From positions 1 through 55,726 of the forward strand of contig JAGVEX010000016.1 in the NCBI GenBank assembly GCA_020057885.1: a stretch of DNA of 55,726 nucleotides, in the 5' to 3' direction. The notes beneath the pieces are model-generated. The model was not told where the DNA came from. It saw nothing but the letters and a program-made list of their open reading frames with translations, and searched no databases. The stretch comes from a bacterium (lineage in GTDB: Bacteria; Patescibacteriota; Patescibacteriia; Veblenbacterales; UBA10138). This document shows positions 45,056 to 53,831 of this stretch, piece by piece; position 1 is the stretch's first letter; every line of letters begins with the position of its first letter. Both the position numbers and the translations under genes were made by a program.

Positions 45056-46216
45056 ATGGTAGTCGGCGTTGATATTCGTTGTTTGCAAGACACTTGGCGC
45101 ACTGGCGTGGGTGAAGTGGCTTGGCAAACTTTACGCGCCTTAGCTAATTTTCCCGATATTAAGTTAGTTGGTTTTGCTAATGCAGCTGGAAAAATTAATT
45201 TACCACCTGAAGTTGAAAAAGTTATTAAAGTAGTTAGGACTAGGGTGCCCAATAAAGTTAAAAACTTGGCATTTTATCTAAAACTAGGCAAATCGTTAGA
45301 TAAATTATTAACTGAACAAAGCGGTACACCAATAGATGTTTTGTGGTTACCAAACCCGGGATTTGCTTTTTTTAGCGGTCAAGTGCCAGTAGTGCTGACA
45401 GTGCATGATTTATCTTTTATTCATTTTTCAGAATTTTTTCCGCGTCGAGGTAAGTGGTGGTATTTTCCAGCCGTGCGCCAGTTGCTAAAAAAAGGCTTAC
45501 CGCAAAAATCTTTTGTAGCCGCTGTTTCTCAACATACGGCTGATGATTTAGTTGAACAATTTCCCAATCTACGCTCTAAAATTAAGGTTATATATCCAGG
45601 TGTAACAGAGGATAATTTTACCTCGCCTTCAGATCAATTTAAAAAAAGTGTTAGAGATAAATTTAATTTACCAACCAGATTTCTTTTAAGTGTAGGCACG
45701 GTTGAGCCGCGCAAAAATTATGGTTTGCTTTTGCAAGCCTATGATAATTTATTAAAAATAGAACCAACTTATCCTTGGGATTTAGTAATTGTCGGCGGTT
45801 GGGGTTGGCGTTCACAAGCTTTAAAAAAGCAATATAATAATTTAACTTGCCAAAGTAGAATTCACTTTGTTGGTTATGTAACTAGTGAAGAAAAAAAAGC
45901 GCTCTACGCTCAGGCTGAATTGTTTTTGTACCCGTCTTTTTATGAAGGGTTCGGTATTCCACCACTGGAGGCCATGGCAGCTAGCGTGCCAGTGGTGGTT
46001 AGTCACACCTCTTCACTAGCAGATGTGGTAGGTGAGGGGGGTGTTTTATTAAACCCGCGAAAATCCTCAGCTTGGGTGGAAGCTTTGCAATGGCTCAAAG
46101 AAGATGCAGGCGCGCGGCAACAATTATCTCAGCAAGGCCGCAGGCAGGCACAAAAGTTTTCCTGGACCAGTTCCGCCCAAAGTTATTATGATTTATTTAA
46201 ATCTTTGCTTAATTAA
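45056..46216 (+). CDS. Glycosyltransferase family 4
   Basis: TVHD, EPRKN and YEGFGIPPLEAM. Confidence 0.92.
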   Translation: MVVGVDIRCLQDTWRTGVGEVAWQTLRALANFPDIKLVGFANAAGKINLPPEVEKVIKVVRTRVPNKVKNLAFYLKLGKSLDKLLTEQSGTPIDVLWLPNPGFAFFSGQVPVVLTVHDLSFIHFSEFFPRRGKWWYFPAVRQLLKKGLPQKSFVAAVSQHTADDLVEQFPNLRSKIKVIYPGVTEDNFTSPSDQFKKSVRDKFNLPTRFLLSVGTVEPRKNYGLLLQAYDNLLKIEPTYPWDLVIVGGWGWRSQALKKQYNNLTCQSRIHFVGYVTSEEKKALYAQAELFLYPSFYEGFGIPPLEAMAASVPVVVSHTSSLADVVGEGGVLLNPRKSSAWVEALQWLKEDAGARQQLSQQGRRQAQKFSWTSSAQSYYDLFKSLLN

Positions 46217-46218
46217 AA

Positions 46219-47313
46219 ATGAAAATAGTAATTGATGCGAGACTTTATGGTTTAGAGCACCGAGGTTTGGGCAGATATTTAGTTGAGTTGATTGACGCGC
46301 TCGGTAAAATTGATCGTGAAAATAATTATATTTTATTAACCAACCCCAACAATAAGGGGCAAATTTTAAATTTACCCTCAAATTTTACAGTCGTATCCGC
46401 GCCTTGGCGGGTTTATAGTTTGGTAGAACAAATTAAATTACCGCTTTTGTTGCGTAAAATTAAACCGGATTTAATCCATTTTCCGCATTTTACTGTTCCT
46501 TTTTTGGCGCCTGCACCATTTGTCGTAACAATTCACGATTTAATCTTGCACCATTTTCCTTCAGAACGAGCCACTACTTTATCCCCAATATTATATTGGT
46601 TTAAAGTGCGTGTTTATTATTTAGTGGTAGGGGTGGCTATACGCCGAGCTAAAAAAATTATTACTATAAGCCAGGCCGTGGCTCAGGATATAATTAATTA
46701 TTATCCAAAAGAAAAAAGTAAGATTTCAATTATTCCTTTAGCACCAGGCAGTTTAAATGAGGGTGTAGTTTTAAACCTGCCACTGAAATATTTTTTAGCA
46801 GTGGGTGCGGCTTATCCGCATAAAAATTTGGAATTAGTACTAAGAGCACTTAAGCAAGTGCCAGCTGATTTAAATGATTTTAAATTTATAGTAGTGGGCA
46901 GAAAAGATATTTTTATGGAGCGTTTAGAAAAATATGCTAGCGAGTTGGGTTTGGTTGAAAAAGTAATTTTTTGGGGTGAGGCCAGCGAGGGCGAGCTGGT
47001 TACTTTATATAAAAATGCCACAGCGTATCTTTTGCCATCGCTCGCTGAGGGTTTTGGCTTAGGCGCGGTAGAAGCTTTAGCTTGTGGTACACCGGTGATT
47101 GCGGCTGATATTCCGGTATTGCATGAAGTTCTAGGCCAAGCAGCCCTATTTGTTAATCCGCAAAGCGAGTTGGACTTAATTAAAGCCTGGCAAGCCATTC
47201 AAAATTCCGAAACAAGAAAAATTTTATTGTCAGCTGGTCAAGGCGTGCTTCAAAATTTATCGTGGGACAAGGTGGCACATAAAATGCAAAAGTTATATAC
47301 AGACCAAAATTGA
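46219..47313 (+). CDS. Glycosyltransferase family 4
   Basis: GLGRY, TIHD, PHKN and EGFGLGAVEA. Confidence 0.92.
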   Translation: MKIVIDARLYGLEHRGLGRYLVELIDALGKIDRENNYILLTNPNNKGQILNLPSNFTVVSAPWRVYSLVEQIKLPLLLRKIKPDLIHFPHFTVPFLAPAPFVVTIHDLILHHFPSERATTLSPILYWFKVRVYYLVVGVAIRRAKKIITISQAVAQDIINYYPKEKSKISIIPLAPGSLNEGVVLNLPLKYFLAVGAAYPHKNLELVLRALKQVPADLNDFKFIVVGRKDIFMERLEKYASELGLVEKVIFWGEASEGELVTLYKNATAYLLPSLAEGFGLGAVEALACGTPVIAADIPVLHEVLGQAALFVNPQSELDLIKAWQAIQNSETRKILLSAGQGVLQNLSWDKVAHKMQKLYTDQN

Positions 47314-47372
47314 GTTTTAATTAAAATTCTTGTATAATATTAGAGTGTTAAAAATAAGAAGTTAACAAAAAC

Positions 47373-49919
47373 ATGTTAGAAACAGACATTCATAATCAAG
47401 CTAAACAAAAATCATCTGTTTCGCGCCGGAAAACAAAGGAATTTTGGCCGTGGCTAAAAGTTGAAATAGCTGGTTCTAAATCTAGAATGGAGGGTCGAAC
47501 GCAAGCTGCGCTTTCGCCTCATGTTTTGAATTTGCGTCCCAACCCAATTTTGTCAACCTCCGCTGTCGTTAATCAAAAAGTGGAGGCTAAATCTCAAATC
47601 CATTATTATAGTCACTCCAAAATAGATTTTTTAGAATTAGCTCTGCCTAATTATAAACTTTCTGGTGATTCATTGTGGCATTCCTTATCACATTTCCCTA
47701 AACTAAGACAACTTTCTATCTTTACAATATTGGAGATACTATGGTTACCCTTGAGTTTTTTGTGCAACATAGCCCTTTATGGATTTTTTAATATAGCCGA
47801 AGAAGCCTACGCCATCGGCCGTGAGATAAAAGCAGACGCACTGGCCTTTACCAAAGCTGTTGGCACGGTTTTAGGAATATTGTTTAGTCCTTTACGCGGT
47901 TTGTTGCCGCGAAGAGTTTTAACAGTAGAGAGCCAAAGGTTGGCTTGGCCGGCTTTGGGTCAGGTCGGATTTTTTTTGTTTATAGCGTTGATTATAACCT
48001 TGCCTTTTAAAGGATTTGATCTGTGGCAAAAAGTAACAGCCAGCGAGGGTAAGGTGATTACCTTAGCGCAAAATGCTATTGGTAATTTAAAATCGGGCGG
48101 AGAACAATTTACCAGTGGTAACCCTGCTTTGGCGGAGATTGATTTTAAACGCGCGAGTGATAATTTTTCCCAAGCTTTAAATGTCTTAGGCGGTTTACCC
48201 GATCGTATGCTGGGAGTTTTAGATAAATTACCTGGTACGCCACAAAAGTTATCAGCCGCCAATCATTTATTGGCAGCTAGTCGCGAAGCCTCACAGGCCG
48301 CGGCTTTGGCAGCTGGTGTGTGGCAGCAAGTGGTGGGTGGAACAGCTAACCAGCCGAATGATTTAGGTGCGCGTGTTACGCTTTTGCAAAATACATTAAT
48401 TGAACTTAAACCGCATTTGGATACAGCTCTCAAAGAGCTTAAAGAGGTTGATTCAGCCTCATTGCCGCCAGAACTCAGTAGTAGTGTATTAGCTTTGCAA
48501 AATGAGGTTGATAGTTTGGAGGCTTTAATTGGACAAGCCTTTACTTTGCCTGGTTTTTTACAAGAAGTGCTAACCTCGCCTACAATTAAGCGTTATGTAA
48601 TTTTATTCCAAAATTCCAGCGAGCTTAGACCCACGGGCGGATTTATGGGAAGTTTGGCTTTTGTAGAAATAGCCAGTGGCCAGGTAAAACAAATGCAGAT
48701 ACCGGGCGGCGGGCCTTATGATTTTCAGGGTTCCTTAACGCGCGTTATAAATCCACCTGAGCCGTTAAGATTAGTGCGCGGCACTTGGCAGTTGCAAGAT
48801 GCCAATTGGTTTTTTGATTTTCCGACTTCAGCACGAAAGGTTTTGTGGTTTTTGCAGGAGTCAGGCGGACCCGAGGCACAGGGTGTAATTGCACTAACAC
48901 CCGATTTGGTAATAGGGCTTTTAAAACTCACCGGTCCGGTAGATTTACCTCAATATAAAAAAGTTTTGACAGCTGATAATTTTATGCGCGAAACACAAGA
49001 AGCGGTTGATATTGAGTATGATAAAAAATTAAACAAACCAAAACAATTTATTGCTGATCTCGCGCCAATTTTATTACAACGCGCTTTGGAATTATCGGTT
49101 GATAAAAGAATGGAGCTTGTGCAGTTATTGGAGCAGGGGATAACAAAACGGAGTTTCCAGGTTTATTTAACCGAACCCGAGTTACAGGCCAATGTCAGCG
49201 CCTATGGCTGGAGTGGTGAGGTTAAAAAAGCGCCCTTGGATTATTTAGCAGTAGTGCGTACTAATATTGGCGGCGGTAAAACTGATGCTGTAACCAACGA
49301 TCAAATACGCCACCAGGTTGAAGTAACCGAGTCTGGTGAACTAATGGTTAATTTGGAATTTACCCGCACTCATCAGGGTAGTAAAACAGATATTTTTGAA
49401 CAGCGCCGCAATAATGATTATGTGCGTTTTTATGTACCACTTGGTTCACAATTAATCAGTGGCTTTGGCTTTACCACGCCACCTGAAGATTATTTCCTTG
49501 CCGTGCCGGAAAAGGCTGAACTAGATAATGATTTATTGCAAGTTGAGCAAAATCCAAGTGTTGATTTGGGTTCGGGCGCGCGGATAACACAAGAGTTTAA
49601 TAAAACTGTTTTTGCTGGATGGTTAAATGTGGCACCAGGTGAAACCAAGACAGTAAAATTATCATACCGTTTGCCTTTTACTTTAAAATCAGAATCAAAC
49701 TGGCAGGATTTACGCAGATATAATGTTTATTTCCAGCGTCAGGCAGGCGTGCAACCGGTTGATTTTATTTCTACAATTACCTTGCCTTTGGATTGGCGCG
49801 TGCGGTGGCAAGAGGGCTCTAGCACATTAATTCCCAATGCCGCTGGCGTTGAATTTAAGAGCGAGTGGATGCGGGATGAATATTACGGCGTAGTGCTGGA
49901 AAGATTAGTAGCGTCTTAA
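47373..49919 (+). CDS. DUF4012-domain membrane-anchored protein
   Basis: LFQNSSELRPTGGFMGS, DANWFFDFPTSA, N.GGGKTD and YVRFYVP. Confidence 0.85.
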   Translation: MLETDIHNQAKQKSSVSRRKTKEFWPWLKVEIAGSKSRMEGRTQAALSPHVLNLRPNPILSTSAVVNQKVEAKSQIHYYSHSKIDFLELALPNYKLSGDSLWHSLSHFPKLRQLSIFTILEILWLPLSFLCNIALYGFFNIAEEAYAIGREIKADALAFTKAVGTVLGILFSPLRGLLPRRVLTVESQRLAWPALGQVGFFLFIALIITLPFKGFDLWQKVTASEGKVITLAQNAIGNLKSGGEQFTSGNPALAEIDFKRASDNFSQALNVLGGLPDRMLGVLDKLPGTPQKLSAANHLLAASREASQAAALAAGVWQQVVGGTANQPNDLGARVTLLQNTLIELKPHLDTALKELKEVDSASLPPELSSSVLALQNEVDSLEALIGQAFTLPGFLQEVLTSPTIKRYVILFQNSSELRPTGGFMGSLAFVEIASGQVKQMQIPGGGPYDFQGSLTRVINPPEPLRLVRGTWQLQDANWFFDFPTSARKVLWFLQESGGPEAQGVIALTPDLVIGLLKLTGPVDLPQYKKVLTADNFMRETQEAVDIEYDKKLNKPKQFIADLAPILLQRALELSVDKRMELVQLLEQGITKRSFQVYLTEPELQANVSAYGWSGEVKKAPLDYLAVVRTNIGGGKTDAVTNDQIRHQVEVTESGELMVNLEFTRTHQGSKTDIFEQRRNNDYVRFYVPLGSQLISGFGFTTPPEDYFLAVPEKAELDNDLLQVEQNPSVDLGSGARITQEFNKTVFAGWLNVAPGETKTVKLSYRLPFTLKSESNWQDLRRYNVYFQRQAGVQPVDFISTITLPLDWRVRWQEGSSTLIPNAAGVEFKSEWMRDEYYGVVLERLVAS

Positions 49920-49950
49920 TATTTTTGAAAGATTGAGTAATATTTATAAT

Positions 49951-50373
49951 ATGAAAATTACTATTGTTAGTAGTTCCGTGTTTGTAAAGCAAATGGTTGA
50001 TTATCGTGATAAACTTATTGCGCTTGGGCATATAGTTGATCTTCATCCTCATTATGTAGCTCAAGCGGCGGGGGAGAGATCAGATTTAGTTGAACGTACG
50101 ATGACAGAACATGCACTTCTTAAAAAAGAATATGATTATATTAGGTATCATTATAATGAAATAGTTGATAGTGATGCGATTTTGGTTTTAAATTTTGATA
50201 AAAATGGGATTAAGAATTATATAGGGGGTAATACTCTTATGGAAATAGGTTTTGCCCACGTACACTATAAAAAAATATTTTTGCTTAACCCAATACCAGA
50301 AATTAATTATGAAGAAGAAATTAAAGCGATGGAACCGGTTGTTATTAATGGTGATCTTTCTTTGATTGTTTAA
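49951..50373 (+). CDS. Nucleoside 2-deoxyribosyltransferase-like fold protein
   Basis: SDAILVLN...YIGGNTLMEIGFA...KKIF pattern. Confidence 0.65.
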   Translation: MKITIVSSSVFVKQMVDYRDKLIALGHIVDLHPHYVAQAAGERSDLVERTMTEHALLKKEYDYIRYHYNEIVDSDAILVLNFDKNGIKNYIGGNTLMEIGFAHVHYKKIFLLNPIPEINYEEEIKAMEPVVINGDLSLIV

Positions 50374-50396
50374 TATTTGTAACCATTAAAATAATA

Positions 50397-50430
50397 TAAA
50401 AAGTACCACTTACAAAGGTGGTACTTTTTA
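50397..50430. terminator. Bidirectional terminator
   Basis: aaaaagtaccac/gtggtacttttt. Confidence 0.75.
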
Positions 50431-50447
50431 AATATCAAGAAATTGGT

Positions 50448-50819
50448 TTATAACGCGAGTATTTTATCAATTATAACCATAACCACAGCGCCAAAAAACA
50501 TTAAACTTATCGTGGCTGGTTGAAATTTTTTGTTTTTCAAAAACGTAGCCGCCGTAAGCATAATTATCCAAACACCAACCGTAGCTATAACCATTGGTAT
50601 TCCCACTCTGATGATTTCAGGAATCATTTCTTTAATGCCAGCAGTAAAAAATGGGGGATATAGTGTTACCTCGCCATGGTAGATGTGTTCTGGAATCAGC
50701 CAAGCCACTCCGCCCCAAAGCATTGCGAGCAACCAGCCAACATGATATTGCGCAGGAATTTTCTTTTTAGTCGCACTAACTATAATTGCCGCGGTTAAAG
50801 GAACTACAAAACAACCCAT
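50448..50819 (-). CDS. Hypothetical 4-TM membrane protein
   Basis: MGCFVVP...LWGG...EHIYHGE...PPFFTA; hydrophobic. Confidence 0.7.
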   Translation of the reverse strand: MGCFVVPLTAAIIVSATKKKIPAQYHVGWLLAMLWGGVAWLIPEHIYHGEVTLYPPFFTAGIKEMIPEIIRVGIPMVIATVGVWIIMLTAATFLKNKKFQPATISLMFFGAVVMVIIDKILAL

Positions 50820-50938
50820 AAATTAAAATTGGTTAATATTAATTATATTATAACTATAACTAAATATGATAAGAAAGCAAAGATTATCAGCAGTAATTCT
50901 AATTTAAATTTTATCATTGTCTGTGTTATCATAATACT

Positions 50939-51853
50939 ATGATAGAAGATATAAACGAGATAAAAATTGATAACCAGATTTTTTCTTACCTTGATGACCA
51001 GCGTAATGGCCTTAAGCTTTATGTGAATAAAAATCGTAGCCAATATCTTCGCTTGGGTAATGTCGAGATTATTGATAAAGAAATTGCCTTACATCAGCAA
51101 TTAATCAGTGAGGGATTCCCTATAGCTAAGATTATTAAAAAAGGTAAATGGCAGGATTTATCTTATTGGATTGAAGAGTCTTTGGGCGAGAAACACCTGG
51201 CTGATTTATTTGCTGATGAATATAAGGCAAATGGCTGTATCACTGAAAAAACATTTCAACTTTTTCTTACTATTGTTGAAAAATTTCAAACGACTCAATT
51301 TAAAACTTTAAAAATTCCAATTAATTGGGATAAGGTTTATAAAGGGGTTGGGTTTGGTGATATTTTAAAAGAGTTGCCACAATATAAAACTAAACTTGAA
51401 ACTAGCTGGACAAATATGTGTAAAGAGTTGGAGAGTTTTCCAGCCGTATATTGTCATGGTGATTTTACTTCCCATAATATATTGCCACTTGGCGTTATCG
51501 ACCACGAAGATCATTTTGAAGGCCCTTTTGGTTATGATCTTATTACAGCTATAACTCCAGCCTATTGGTTTTCAGCAGATTCATCATATGGAAACTATGC
51601 CCGTCGTTCTCAATTTAGCCCAACTCAAAAAGAAGAGTTTTTTAACCGTTTTGGGATTTTTCAGTATGGGGGCAAACAATTTAACTTAAAAGATTATTTT
51701 AGCCCTTTATTTTTCTTAAAGGCAACCTGGTGGTCTGTTCGCAATTTTAAGAATCCTAAAATGCAGGAGTGGCGATACCAGAAATATATTTATTTATTAG
51801 AAAAGTATTTAGAGAAAGGTGATTTGTATCAGATTTGGTTAGAGAGCGAATAA
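50939..51853 (+). CDS. Aminoglycoside phosphotransferase/choline kinase-family protein
   Basis: HGDFxxxN catalytic loop, IDHE and GxxxYD. Confidence 0.8.
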   Translation: MIEDINEIKIDNQIFSYLDDQRNGLKLYVNKNRSQYLRLGNVEIIDKEIALHQQLISEGFPIAKIIKKGKWQDLSYWIEESLGEKHLADLFADEYKANGCITEKTFQLFLTIVEKFQTTQFKTLKIPINWDKVYKGVGFGDILKELPQYKTKLETSWTNMCKELESFPAVYCHGDFTSHNILPLGVIDHEDHFEGPFGYDLITAITPAYWFSADSSYGNYARRSQFSPTQKEEFFNRFGIFQYGGKQFNLKDYFSPLFFLKATWWSVRNFKNPKMQEWRYQKYIYLLEKYLEKGDLYQIWLESE

Positions 51854-51942
51854 GACAATCCTATGTCTGTGGAACAATAATATCCATTTAATTATTTTTC
51901 CCTAAACTTAGCCAAAATTAGTTTTTTATTGTTCCACAAGCC

Positions 51943-51971
51943 TTGACAAAACCACATATTCGCGCTATTAT
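51943..51971 (+). promoter_or_regulatory. sigma70 promoter upstream of the candidate ncRNA
   Basis: TTGACA (51943-51948), 17 bp, TATTAT (51966-51971). Confidence 0.7.
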
Positions 51972-51996
51972 GACTATGTTAAAAATCGTGTCTTTT

Positions 51997-52146
51997 TAAG
52001 GCTCCCTTTAGGTGGAGGAGATAGAGAATGACGTGAAGAGATGTAAGACTCGTACTCAATTGGTACGACTCGTGCACTCTCCCTGCTTGGATACCATCAT
52101 TTTGGTCCCTTCAAGCCTTCTCGCCTCCAGCCAAAGGGAGCTTTTA
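51997..52146 (+). ncRNA. Candidate 6S-like RNA (~150-nt rod)
   Basis: Closing stem aaggctccctt..ggtggagg / cctccagcc..aagggagctt; inner gagaa/ttctc and tgaag/cttca; 3' CUUGGA...UUCAAG reminiscent of 6S; own promoter. Confidence 0.5.
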
Positions 52147-52234
52147 GTTTTCCCGCGATAATACTAATTGGCGCGCAATAAGTAATAACAAACTTCCATT
52201 TTAGTCTAGATACAGCTATAATTATTGATACGAT

Positions 52235-53821
52235 ATGTTGAAAAATAAAATGGCGAATTTAAGTCTGACGGGCGGTGTTTTAATCATCGCCGTTTTTTCT
52301 GTACTTTCGCGTTTGTTGGGAGTTTTAAGAGATAGGTTGCTAGCTTCACACTTTGGCGCCGGTTCGGTGCTCGATGCTTATTACGCCGCTTTTAAGATTC
52401 CTGATTTTATTTTTAATATTTTTGTATTGGGTGCGCTAGCTTCGGCTTTTATTCCGGTGTTTATTAGTTTGCGAGATAAAGAGGGCGAAGCAAGTGCACA
52501 AAAGCTCGCGCAAATTGTTTTTAATTTATTGGTGGCATTTTTAACCGCTTGCGCCTTTTTAGGAATTATTTTAGCGCCTTGGTTAATGCCGCTTATAGCG
52601 CCAGGATTTGATCCAGAACGTCAGGCGCTTGCTATTTCATTAACGCGCATAATGCTTCTTTCAATTATTTTCTTTGGTGCTTCCAATGTTTTGGGTAGTG
52701 TGTTACAGGCGAAAAAAAGATTTTTAAGCTATTCTATTGCACCAGTGCTGTATAATTTAGGAATTATTTTTGGACTTTATACTTTTGTTTCCCGGTTTGG
52801 TCCTATTGGTTTGGCTTGGGGCGTGGTGTTAGGGAGTGTACTGCATCTTTTAATTCAAATTCCCGCCGCGCGACAAGCTGGTTTTAGTTGGCGTCCTTTG
52901 TTTAATTGGAGCGAGCGCGGTGTAAAACAAGTGTTAAAACTTTTAGGTCCGCGTACCATTGGCTTGGCCGCGAGCTCACTAGAGCAAATTATCACAGCCA
53001 GCTTTGTTTCCACTTTGGGTGTGGGAAGTTTGGCCGCTTTTACATTGGCTTCCAATTTGCACAGTTTTCCCATAAATGTTTTTGGCGTATCACTCGCCGT
53101 GGCGACTTTTCCTTTGTTTAGCGAGGCTTTTAGTAATAACAAAAATGATGATTTTATTAGTCATTTTAAACATAGTGTAAGGCGAATTTTATTTTTTGTA
53201 ATACCAATGTCCGTGCTTTTTTTAGTATTACGCGCGCAAATTGTGCGTGTGGTGCTGGGGAGTGGCGCTTTTGATTGGAGCGATACCATTCGTACCTCGC
53301 AGGTATTAGGATTTTTGGCCCTCGCTATGGTGGCAGATAGCTTAGTGCCGCTGGTGGCGCGCGCTTTTTATGCTTTGTCCGATACACGCACACCGGCGCT
53401 GGTAGCAGTGAGTAGCGTAGTTCTTAATTTATTTTTATTGATGATTTTTGCCCGTTATGGTTTAGGCGGTATTGGTTTGGCTTATGTAGCTTCGCGCGTT
53501 TTAAGCCTAAGCGCTTTGGTTGGTTTGCTGGGCAAAAAAATAGGCGATTTGGGCGCGGCCTATATTATGCAAGGCGCTTGGCGAATGTTATTTGCTTCCG
53601 TACTTTCAGGAGCGGCCGCTTATGCCACTTTATGGTTCATGGCGCCACAAGTTAATATGCATACTTTTATCGGCATTTTTATGCAAGGAACAACAGCTGG
53701 TAGCGTGGGAGTGTTGAGTTATTTGGCCTTGGCTTTTGTTTGGCGCTTGCCCGAAGTTAATTTTGTTAAACGATGGTTAGTTTCGGCTTGGCAACTTTCA
53801 TTGCATTTAGGGAGGCGTTAA
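52235..53821 (+). CDS. murJ: Lipid II flippase MurJ
   Basis: SRLLGVLRD, DAYYAAFKIPD, AFIPVF, APGF and RAFYALSDTRTP; many TM segments. Confidence 0.95.
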   Translation: MLKNKMANLSLTGGVLIIAVFSVLSRLLGVLRDRLLASHFGAGSVLDAYYAAFKIPDFIFNIFVLGALASAFIPVFISLRDKEGEASAQKLAQIVFNLLVAFLTACAFLGIILAPWLMPLIAPGFDPERQALAISLTRIMLLSIIFFGASNVLGSVLQAKKRFLSYSIAPVLYNLGIIFGLYTFVSRFGPIGLAWGVVLGSVLHLLIQIPAARQAGFSWRPLFNWSERGVKQVLKLLGPRTIGLAASSLEQIITASFVSTLGVGSLAAFTLASNLHSFPINVFGVSLAVATFPLFSEAFSNNKNDDFISHFKHSVRRILFFVIPMSVLFLVLRAQIVRVVLGSGAFDWSDTIRTSQVLGFLALAMVADSLVPLVARAFYALSDTRTPALVAVSSVVLNLFLLMIFARYGLGGIGLAYVASRVLSLSALVGLLGKKIGDLGAAYIMQGAWRMLFASVLSGAAAYATLWFMAPQVNMHTFIGIFMQGTTAGSVGVLSYLALAFVWRLPEVNFVKRWLVSAWQLSLHLGRR

Positions 53822-53831
53822 AATTATTTTT

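Noticed and set aside
51854-51990. Possible oriC (DnaA-box-like 9-mers, AT-rich)
   Set aside because: No perfect DnaA box, no dnaA/dnaN nearby, and no change in gene orientation across the site.
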